Source: Dictyostelium discoideum (Eukaryota). Taken from it: a stretch of DNA of 64,000 nucleotides. Shown piece by piece: positions 45,897 through 64,000 of this stretch (position 1 is the stretch's first letter; each line of letters opens with the position of its first letter). Made by a program: the position numbers and the translations under genes. The stretch spans positions 8,000,001 to 8,064,000 of the forward strand of contig CM000151.3 in assembly GCA_000004695.1 (NCBI GenBank), read 5' to 3'. The notes beneath the pieces were generated by a model. It was not told where the DNA came from. It ran no database searches and was given only the letters and a program-made list of their open reading frames with translations.

Positions 45897-47222
45897 GAAA
45901 TTATTAAAATTATTAATATTAAAATTATTCTTTAAATTTTTTGATAGTGATAAAAATGTTAATGAAATTGGTAATTTAATTTTTAATAAATTTTCAATTG
46001 AATAATTATTATTTAATATTAAATGAGTTAATGTTGATGGTAATATATTATCTTGATCAAATGGTTGATTAAAATTTATATTTTCTAAAAGGTTAAATAT
46101 TTTTAAACCATTTGGTAATATGTTTGTATCAATTTTTGAATTGAAATAACCAATGATTGAAAATTCAATTAAACTTGTTAAACATTGTAATAATGAACCA
46201 ATATAATAATTTAAATTTAAATTTAATCTTTTACATGTGAATTCAATCAAGTCAAATGCAATTTCAAATTTTTTAATTGAATTACTTGGTGATAGTATAG
46301 ATGGAGTTAATGGTATTTGTAAATCATAAATTTGTAAATTCTCAACTGTTGATGGTATTGAATTTGGTAGAAATTTCATATCTTTTGAATAACATTCTAA
46401 ATTTATTAATGATGGTGGTAGTGATTCATGAGTAATTTCTAATTTATTAGTATTATTATTTTCATTTTCATTTTCATTAATATAATACATCATAGTTAAT
46501 GATTTTACATTTATTGGTATAACATTTTTAACAAGTTTATTACATTTTAAAATCACTTCTAAATTAATTATTGAATTTGGTAATACTGAAATATCAAAAC
46601 CTTCTCTGTAACTATTTAATACTAAATTTTTAATACCATTTGGTATATCACCAATTTTTAAAATTGAATCACCATTATTCCACTCATTTATAAATGTTAT
46701 TGATTCTAATGTACTTGGAAATTTAATTGTATCTTTTGAAATTTTTGGACATTTTAAAAATGTTATTTCTTTAATATTATTTGGAATTAAATAATCATTA
46801 CCTTTACTATAATCAGTTTCATTAATTACAACATTTTTAACTGACTTAATTGTTGATGGTAATAGGAAAAGAGGAGTTGTGGAAACGAGTATGTTATTAT
46901 TAAATGTTAAACTAATTCCAAATTCAATTATTTCAACTCCAAATGGTATTAAACAACTTGCAATATTTGAAATTGATTGTTCTTTAAATACTATTTTATT
47001 TAATACACCATTTTTATTATTTGGTAAAAAACACTTTTCATTTATTGATTCATTACCTTTATATATTAATGTTCTAATATATTCCTTATTTTCATATTCA
47101 ATTAATGATGTTAAATTTAAAAATGTTACAATTTCATTTTTTTCATATAATAATTTAAACTCTAAAATCATTTTTAACAAATAAACATTTCTCCAAACCT
47201 TAAAAAATAATTTATCTTTCAT
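45819..47222 (-). CDS. FNIP-repeat (Dictyostelium-type leucine-rich repeat) protein, 467 aa
   Basis: Continuous ORF. Repeated approximately 22-residue units of the form LP.(S/N/G)I(K/E).L.(F/L)... (IPNNIKEITFLKCP, LPNSIINLEVIL, LPNSIPSTVENLQIY, LPNGLKIFNLLENINFNQPF). Coordinates are taken from the ORF track because of the ±1 local inconsistency noted in this stretch. Confidence 0.7.
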
Positions 47223-47663
47223 TATTTGATTTTTTTTTTTAAGAATTTCAAAAGGAAGAGTTTGAAAAATTCATTATCGATTTCACAAATAATAAAATTT
47301 CAGTCCAATTTTTACAATTAAAATTTTTTATTTATTATTTTTCAATTTTTAGATTAGAGGTAATAAAAATAAAATAAAATAAAATAAAAAAAAAATTAAA
47401 ATTAAAATTAAAAAAAAAAAACAAGATATTTTCATTGGTTAAAAAAAAAAAATATCTTTTTTATTAAAAAAAAAAAAAAAACATTCCAACTACATTCTTA
47501 AAAATAATAATTTTATTTTTTTAAATATTTCCAATTCTAAATCTATTTTATTTCTATTATTATTTTTTTTATTTTATTTTTTATAAGTATAAAATGTAAA
47601 TTTTTTTTTTTTTTTTCCAATCAATTCAACAAACTTTAAACTAATCAATACAATAAATTAAAA

Positions 47664-48590
47664 ATGCCTCTCGCTTTAACTTCAAGGTAAAAAAAAAAAA
47701 AAAAAAAAAATTATAATTCATTTAGTGGTTAATAATTTAAAATTACTAATTTAAATTAAATTTATTTAATTTATAGAAAATCATTAAAAGATAATGAAGA
47801 ATCTTTAAAAACTAATTTAGCATCAATTGAAAAATCATTGGGTGAACCATTTTCAATTGAATTTGATTTTGAAGATATTATTACTAAATGTAATGATTCA
47901 TGGGTTACTAATAGTTGTGGAAGTATCTTTTATAAAGATGTAGTTGGTAATCTTGCAAAGAATATGGTAAAAGTCGGTGCAGATTCATTAATTAAAGAAG
48001 CATTTTTAGCAGCTGTTCCAAATAAGAAATTTGTTTTTGTTTGTGCTGATGAAAAGTTGGAATCCTATTGGAAATATCAATTTGAGAATGGTGATTGTAG
48101 AATTTTATTCCGTCCAAAGATTTGTAACACTAATGATGTTAACACATTCAAATTAGAGACAATCATTCCATCTCAAGGTGTTTATACTTTAATGACTCGT
48201 TTAAATATTAAAACAAATGAACAAAAAATGAAAGATAATTTATCAGCAGTTAAAAAAGCATTAAAATCATCATCAGATTGGTCAATTGATGAATTATCAT
48301 TAGAAACTGTTTATCCAAAAGTTGCCGACGACTTAAAGAATAGCTTTGGTCATATCTTTGCTGGTATCGTCGAAAAGGTCGCTGCAAATCTCGCCAAACG
48401 TTGTGCTGATGAAATGATCTTAGAAGCAGTTCAAGAAGCAACTACAAATCATACAATCGTTATTAAACATGATGCTAACTTGAACGCTCATTGGTCATGG
48501 TCATTTGAATCTGGTAATATCGTTATCACTTTCAAATCTGTAACCAATACTAACGATGTTCAAACATTTGATTTCATTAAATTATTATAA
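47664..48590 (+). CDS. uncharacterised two-domain protein family, copy C; join(47664..47686,47777..48590)
   Basis: Exon 1 ATGCCTCTCGCTTTAACTTCAAG|gtaaaa has synonymous changes relative to the other copies. Acceptor ttatag at 47775-76. Residues DSLIKE, IIPSQG, IDELSLE. Confidence 0.8.
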
Positions 48591-49270
48591 ATAAATAAAA
48601 AAAGCTATTAATATTATTAAACACATTGTTAAGAAATAAAAAAGAAATTAAAAAGTATTAAAAGGTGATTGTTTGTTGATTTTTTATTTGTTTATTTATT
48701 GTTTATCATTTAAAAATTAATTTAGTGTTTTAAATTATCAATTTCTATTCATATCTTTTTTTTTTTTCTCATTTAACTGAATGGATGGAATTGTTATTAT
48801 TTTTCAAATTTATTTTTTAAAGTCTTTTTTTATTTTTAATAAACTTCGATATGTTAAACTATTTTTTATTTTAAACCGTTTAATACAAATAATTATAATA
48901 AATAATTGAAATATATAACAAAATAAATTAAAATTAAAGATTAAATTCTATTGTCAATTTTTTAAAAAGAGTGTATAATAATAAAAAAAATAGTATAGAT
49001 AAAATATTAAGTAGATATGTGATTATCTATTTTTTTTTTTTTTTCATTTGGAAATTTAGACAATTCAAACACTATGTTATTCATACATCAAAAATTAAGA
49101 TATTATTTTAGTTTTATTTTTTATTTTTTTTTATTTTTTATTTTTTTTAACGATACCCCTATAAAAAAAAAAAAAAAATAAAAAAAAAAAAAATAAGATA
49201 TTTTTAAAAAAAAAAAAAAAATAAAAAAAAACAAGTCCAGATATTTTTTTTTAAAAAAAAAAAAAAAAAA

Positions 49271-49388
49271 TCATTCCAATTACATTCTTGAAATTAATAA
49301 TTTTATTTTTTATCTAATATTTTTAAATATTTCTGGATTTTTAATCTATTTTTTTTCTATTTTTATAAGTATAAAAATGTAAATATTT
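49271..49388 (+). promoter_or_regulatory. conserved promoter module shared by the five-copy family, representative copy D; equivalents at 47481..47600 (C), 50995..51110 (E), 35322..35432 (A, minus strand) and 37204..37317 (B, minus strand)
   Basis: Near-identical blocks lie 80-200 bp upstream of each ATG: TCATTCCAATTACATTCTT(G/A)AAA(T/A)TAATAATTTTATTTT, then ...TTTAAATATTTCTGGATTTTTAATCTATTTTTTTTCTATTTTTATAAGTATAAAA(A)TG(T/G)AAAT. Conservation is far above the surrounding poly-A/T spacer. Confidence 0.5.
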
Positions 49389-49468
49389 TTTTTTTTATTA
49401 TTATCAAATAATTCAAAACAAAAACCTTAAACTAATAATATTTAAATATTAATAAAAAAACATTTAAA

Positions 49469-49496
49469 ATGCCTCTCGCCTTAACCTCAAGGTAAG

Positions 49497-49527
<31 letters not shown>

Positions 49528-50399
49528 GCTTCATTTAATAATTAATATAAATTTTAATTAATAATTTAATTTATTTTATTTTTAGAAAATCATTAAAAGA
49601 TAATGAAGAATCTTTAAAAACTAATTTAGCATCAATTGAAAAATCATTGGGTGAACCATTTTCAATTGAATTTGATTTTGAAGATATTATTACTAAATGT
49701 AACGATTCATGGGTTACTAATAGTTGTGGAAGTATCTTTTATAAAGATGTAGTTGGTAATCTTGCAAAGAATATGGTAAAAGTCGGTGCAGATTCATTAA
49801 TTAAAGAAGCATTTTTAGCAGCTGTTCCAAATAAGAAATTCGTTTTTGTTTGTGCTGATGAAAAGTTGGAATCCTATTGGAAATATCAATTTGAGAATGG
49901 TGATTGTAGAATTTTATTCCGTCCAAAGATTTGTAACACAAATGATGTTAACACATTCAAATTAGAAACAATCATTCCATCTCAAGGTGTTTATACTTTA
50001 ATGACTCGTTTAAATATTAAAACAAATGAACAAAAAATGAAAGATAATTTATCAGCAGTTAAAAAAGCATTAAAATCATCATCAGATTGGTCAATTGATG
50101 AATCATCATTAGAAACTGTTTATCCAAAAGTTGCTGACGACTTAAAGAATAGTTTTGGTCATATCTTTGCTGGTATCGTCGAAAAGGTCGCTGCAAATCT
50201 CGCCAAACGTTGTGCTGATGAAATGATCTTAGAAGCAGTTCAAGAAGCAACTACAAATCATACAATCGTAATTAAACATGATGCTAACTTGAATGCTCAT
50301 TGGTCATGGTCATTTGAATCTGGTAATATCGTTATCACTTTCAAATCTGTAACCAATACTAACGATGTTCAAACATTTGATTTCATTAAATTATTATAA
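49469..50399 (+). CDS. uncharacterised two-domain protein family, copy D; join(49469..49491,49586..50399)
   Basis: Exon 1 is 23 nt then gtaaga. Acceptor tttag at 49584-85. Residues DSLIKE, IIPSQG, IDESSLE. Confidence 0.8.
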
Positions 50400-51192
50400 A
50401 TAAACAAAAAAAGCTATTAATAATTAAAACACATTGTTAAAAAATAAAGAATAAATTAAGTATAAAAAGGTGATTGTTTGTTGATTTTTTTTTATTTGTT
50501 TTTTATTGTTCAAAGTCTTTTTTTTTAATAATAATCGATATGTTAAACTATTTTTTATTTTAAACTCCTTTAAATACAAATAATAAAAATAAATAATTTT
50601 ATCCAAAAAAAAAAAAGAAAAAAAAATGAATTATAATTCATTGTGTAACAAAATAAATTAAAATTAAAAATAATATCTTATTATTATATTTTAAAAAAGA
50701 GTGTATAATAGATAAAAAACTAAAAAAAGTATTGATAAAATATTAAGTAGATTATCTTTTTTTTTTTTTTTTTTTTTTTCTTTTTGAAATTAAGATAATT
50801 CAAACACTATTTATTCATTACATCAAGTATTATAAAGAATTAAAAGATATCATTATATTTTTCTTTTTTTTTTTTTTTAACGATACCCCTATCCAAAAAA
50901 AAATAAAAAATAAAAAAAAAAAAACAAAAAAAAATAAAAAATAAAAAAAAAATAATATAAAAACCAAAATCCAGATATTTTTTATAAAAAAAAATCATTC
51001 CAATTACATTCTTAAAATTAATTATTTTATTTGTTATTTAATATTTTTAAATATTTCTGGATTTTTAATCTATTTTTTTTCTATTTTTATAAGTATAAAA
51101 TGGAAATTTTTTTTTTTTTAATTATCAAATAATTCAAAACAAAACAAACTAATAAATAATATTTTAATAATAATAAAAAAAAAACTCTTAAA

Positions 51193-52121
51193 ATGCCTCT
51201 CGCCTTAACCTCAAGGTAAAAATAAATAATAAAAATAAAAATAATAATAATATTTCATATAAAAATTAATAAAAATTTATTAATAAATAAATTTATTTTA
51301 TTTTTAGAAAATCATTAAAAGATAATGAAGAATCTTTAAAAACTAATTTAGCATCAATCGAAAAATCATTGGGTGAACCATTTTCAATTGAATTTGATTT
51401 TGAAGATATTATTACTAAATGTAACGATTCATGGGTTACTAATAGTTGTGGAAGTATCTTTTACAAAGATGTAGTTGGTAATCTTGCAAAGAATATGGTA
51501 AAAGTCGGTGCAGATCCATTAATTAAAGAAGCATTTTTAGCAGCTGTTCCAAATAAGAAATTTGTTTTTGTTTGTGCTGACGAAAAGTTGGAATCCTATT
51601 GGAAATATCAATTTGAGAATGGTGATTGTAGAATTTTATTCCGTCCAAAGATTTGTAACACAAATGATGTTAACACATTCAAATTAGAAACAATCATTCC
51701 AACTCAAGGTGTTTATACTTTAATGACTCGTTTAAATATTAAAACAAACGAACAAAAAATGAAAGATAATTTATCAGCAGTTAAAAAAGCATTAAAATCA
51801 TCATCAGATTGGTCAATTGATGAATCATCATTAGAAACTGTTTATCCAAAAGTTGCAGATGATTTAAAGAATAGTTTTGGTCATATCTTTGCTGGTATCG
51901 TCGAAAAGGTAGCTGCTAATCTCGCCAAACGTTGTGCTGATGAAATGATCTTAGAAGCAGTTCAAGAAGCAACTACAAATCATACAATCGTCATTAAACA
52001 TGATGCTAACTTGAACGCTCATTGGTCATGGTCATTTGAATCTGGTAATATCGTTATCACTTTCAAATCTGTAACCAATACTAACGATGTTCAAACATTT
52101 GATTTCATTAAATTATTATAA
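51193..52121 (+). CDS. uncharacterised two-domain protein family, copy E; join(51193..51215,51308..52121)
   Basis: Exon 1 is 23 nt then gtaaaa. Acceptor tttttag at 51306-07. Residues DPLIKE, IIPTQG, which match copy A. Confidence 0.8.
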
Positions 52122-52228
52122 ATAAACAAATAAACAATAAAACATTTTAAAAAACGAGTAATAATAAAATATGTTCAAATCTTTCGAAAGATTTTAATTT
52201 TTTTGACATTATTTATTTGGTTTGATTC

Positions 52229-52263
<35 letters not shown>

Positions 52264-52659
52264 TGCACTTTTATCTATAAAAATAAAATTATACATTACA
52301 TAATTTACCTTTTTCTAATCAAAATATAATTTATTTTTTAATTATTGGTCTGTGAAAATAAGCAGATTTTTTTTTTCCCAACTGTAGTGAAAATTTTCAG
52401 CAGTGCAGGGAAAAAAGGGAGTTTAATACCTGATGGCAGTAATGGGTTAATTGGCAATTGTCTATCAATTGTTTCATTTGGAAATTGCAGGACTGATAAA
52501 ATAAAAAAATAAAAATTGTATATTAACTTTAAAACGTAAAGATATTTAATATACAATATAAATATTTTAAAAAATCAATAAAATAAAAATAATTTATTTA
52601 TTTTCTTTTTCTAAATATATATATAAAAGTATTTTTAACTATTGTTATTATTATTATTA

Positions 52660-60701
<8,042 letters not shown>

Positions 60702-61385
60702 TTTTTTTTTTTTTTTTTTTTTTTTTTTATCTATCTCTTCTTTTTATTTTTTTTTTTTTTGTTTTTTATTTTTTTATTTTTTTTTTTTTTTTAATTTTGT
60801 TTTGTTTTGTTTTAATTATTTGTTATGTTGATTATTAATTTAAAAGTTGTGGAAAAAATGTAGTAAATTTAAATTTAAAATAAAAATAAAAAAAATAAAA
60901 AAATTAAAAAAATAAAAAAAATAAAAAAAATTATGTGTAATGTGTGATGTAGAAAAAAAAAAAAAAAAAAAAAAAAAAGTGTAAAAAATTATATATATAT
61001 ATTATTTATCAAATAAAATAAAAAATAAAATAAAATAAAATTAAAATTAAAATAAAAATAAAATAAAAAAAAAAAATAGAAAAAAAAAAAAAAAGTTTTT
61101 CAACAACGTCAAACACAATGAAATTATAAAGTTTTATTAATATTAAAAAAAAAATAGTTATATATGTGCGTGTATGTGTGTGTGAGTGTGAATGTATTTG
61201 TGTGAAAGACGAGAAAAGTATAAAAAAAAAATAAAAAAATAAAAAATAAAAAATAAAAAATAAAAAAAAAATAAAAAAAATATAAAAAAAAACAAAAAAA
61301 AAAAAATTTTTGTTAACTGATAATGTAATTATTTCTTTTTTTTTTTTTTTTTTTTATTATGTGAAATTCCCAGTTCAATTACTCG

Positions 61386-61422
<37 letters not shown>

Positions 61423-61827
61423 ATCCGAAGATATTTATAACATTTGTGGTTTTTCAATAAATACCCAACCAATTCATTGTTTTTTTGTGGAAAGCAAGTT
61501 TAAAAAAAAAAAAAGAATATTCTATAAAAAAAATATAAAAAGATCTTTTTATCTTTTTTTCTGATCAATAATTTTATTTTTAGAATTTAATTATTTACCA
61601 TTCATTTTTTGTGATTGGTTTTTTTTTTTTAATTTTGAAGAATGATGGGTAGTTAATAAATTTTAAATAGATTGGTTTGATCAAATTGTTGTTTATTTAT
61701 ATTCATTTTTTTTTAAAAAAAAAAGATAAATTTGTGAACAGAATAAAAAATTAAAATTAAATAGTTATTACCTTTTTTTTATTTTTATTTTTATATATTT
61801 TTTTTAATTTTTGGGTGATCTGGATTA

Positions 61828-61858
<31 letters not shown>

Positions 61859-62322
61859 GGGATTTATAAGAAAAAATAAAAAAAATATTCCAAAGCAATT
61901 TTTTTTATTTTTTTTAAGAAAACTCAAAAATACACAAAATCATATAAAATATAAAAAATATTAATGTAATTATATATAAAATATGATCTGTTTTTTTTTT
62001 TTTTTTTTTTTTTTTCTAATCAAAAATTTTATTTACATATATATTTTTTTTTATTTTAATGTTTTTATCAATAAAGTTTCAGAAAAGAAATATAACAAAT
62101 TATTTTGACCAAAAAAAAAATAAAAAAAATAAAAAAAATAAAAAATAAAAAAAAATAAAAAAAAAGAAATTCTTAGTAGTAAAAAAATTATATTCCACCA
62201 AAAATAAATTAATTCGGCCTTTAATTAAAAATTAAAAGTTAATTAAAAAAATAGAAAAAAATAATAAAAAACCTTACAAATCACAAGGTTGTGTTAAATC
62301 AAAAACTCGTTTAAAACTGTTT

Positions 62323-62359
<37 letters not shown>

Positions 62360-62562
62360 TTTTATATAAAAAAAATAAAATAAAAAAAAAAAAATTCAAT
62401 TCCTAATTTTAGTTATTTCGAAACTTTACAACTTTGAGTCTCCAAAAAATCAAACAATCATGAAAAGCTATTTATTCATATATGGTAAATTTATTAATAT
62501 GATGTTGGCGGTTATTTTTCAAAGAACATGATTTTTTTTTGTAATATATTATTTTTTTTTTA

Positions 62563-62609
<47 letters not shown>

Positions 62610-63350
62610 GGGCCCACTATTTTTTATAATAAAATTATTGAATACTATCAAAAAAAATTAAATAGATAGGTCAAAAACAAAAAAAATTAAAAAAAAAAAA
62701 ATTAAAAATAATTAAAAATAATAGTATCCAATTTTAGGATATTTTTTATAAAAAAAAGGATATTTCAAAAAAAAAAAAAAAAAAAAATCCTTCAAATTCT
62801 CCCCCATCATTATTGAGATACACGCACCTTTTAATTTTTTTTTTTTATTTTTTTTTTTTTTTTTATTTTTCAAGAATTTAGAATTGTTTTTTTTTTATTC
62901 ATTTTTTTTTATGAAAAAGGTATTCACAAAAGACAATATGAATTGGGAGCGGAGAGAATAATTGTAAGCATTGGAAATGAATCTTAACTGGATGTGAAAA
63001 AAAAAAAAATAAAAGAAAAAAAAAAAAAAATGATCACATTTGAACAAAAACAATTTTCATCATTTTCATTTTCATTTTTTTTTTTTTTTTTTTTTTAATA
63101 TTTTGTATTTCCTAAAGTGTTGTACATTTATAAATTGTTATTTTTTTTTTTATTTTTATTTTTTTTGTTGGCACGTGCGAGAAGTTTTTACCTTTTAATC
63201 TATCTCAACTTTTTTTTTTTTTTTTTTTTTCTTCAAACACTCATATACAATTAATAACCTACAAATTTTTTTTTTATATACTTTTTATAAACAATTACAA
63301 TAAAATCACCAACAGCCATTATTGCCAATTTATCACTTATTGTTTTGTTC

Positions 63351-63384
<34 letters not shown>

Positions 63385-63744
63385 AAAAAAAATAAAAAAA
63401 ATAAAAACCCTTAATCTTTTTTTTTTTTTTTTTTTTTTTTCCAATTTTTTTTTTTTTTTTTATTTTATTTAAATAAAAGAAATTCTATTACATTTACCAC
63501 CCTCATAACCACTCCCCCAACACCACCTTCAAGAAAAAAAAAAATAAAATAAAAAAAATAAATAAATAAAAAAGTGTATTAAAAATTCAAATATTTAAAA
63601 AGAAAGAAAGAAAAAAAAATAAAAAATAAAAAATAAAAAAAAATAACTGTACATTCACATATTAATATTCATTACCCGCCATTTGCTTGTGTTATTGTAA
63701 TTTATTATAAAAACACTATCAACTTAACATTGGCAGTGCCTAAT

Positions 63745-63802
<58 letters not shown>

Positions 63803-64000
63803 AATTTTTAAATATTTTATTAATTGTATGTTTCAAAAAATATTTATTGAAAAAAAAAGGAAAAAACAAATAAAAATAAAATTTAAAAAAATAAAATAAG
63901 TGGGAGAGAAAGAAAAGAGAACAAAAATAAACACCAAAAAAAAAAAAAAAAAAAAAAAAAACCTCTTTTCAATTAATTGGATTTTTATGCATTTCTACAT

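Larger units (their letters stand above)
47450..52130. repeat. tandem array of three units of about 1.7-1.8 kb (family copies C, D, E with promoter and 3' flank), in inverted orientation relative to the A/B array
   Basis: ATG-to-ATG spacing is 1805 bp and 1724 bp. The 3' flanks of C and D are homologous (ataaa(t/c)aaaaaaagctattaata...acacattgttaa...aaaaggtgattgtttgttgatttttt). The flank of the terminal unit E diverges. Confidence 0.75.

Noticed and set aside
47160-47223. Apparent 1-nt discrepancy between my reading of the printed sequence and ORF-track coordinates (ends of ORFs 46879..47184 and 45819..47222)
   Set aside because: This is probably my own mis-reading of one line and not a biological frameshift. 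Track coordinates were used for the FNIP gene. All other junctions were frame-checked against track ORF boundaries.
52338-52556. 72-aa minus-strand ORF in the relatively G/C-richer spacer between family copy E and atg2
   Set aside because: It has no start context, no codon bias and no similarity. The region more likely holds the atg2 3' UTR and terminator.

Overview
This window is Dictyostelium discoideum nuclear DNA. It is about 78% A+T, carries long (AAT)n and (CAA)n codon repeats that encode poly-Asn and poly-Gln, and has short AT-rich introns with GTAAGT/GTATGT donors and AG acceptors. About 21 protein-coding genes are supported, most with hand-resolved exon junctions. Recognisable genes are cct6 (CCT zeta), vatB (V-ATPase subunit B), a Wee1-like kinase, a 2OG-Fe(II) oxygenase, piaA (Rictor/Pianissimo; the 4-exon model gives 1147 aa plus stop), hpd (4-hydroxyphenylpyruvate dioxygenase, whose first exon is only ATG), a cytochrome P450, an RCC1+BTB protein, an ankyrin protein, a FNIP-repeat protein and atg2 (3 exons, about 2625 aa). 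The ORF track labels TTG and GTG starts as M, so several listed ORFs (MGEPFS..., MAVSRF..., MIESIEY..., MGFDLP...) are internal pieces of larger spliced genes. The most interesting feature is an uncharacterised, roughly 278-aa, two-exon paralogous gene family present in five nearly identical copies. Two copies lie on the minus strand (34.3-37.1 kb) and three on the plus strand (47.7-52.1 kb), as mirror-image tandem arrays flanking a 10.5-kb P450/RCC1-BTB/ANK/FNIP cluster. Each unit carries a conserved promoter module of about 130 bp. The protein has an internal tandem duplication of about 120 aa and strong high-expression codon bias. A degenerate copy of the hpd 3' end between copies A and B marks the duplication-unit boundary. 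No tRNA, rRNA, transposon or prokaryote-type system (CRISPR, defence islands) is visible. Coordinates were cross-checked against ORF-track frames; one local ±1 inconsistency was noticed near 47160-47223.
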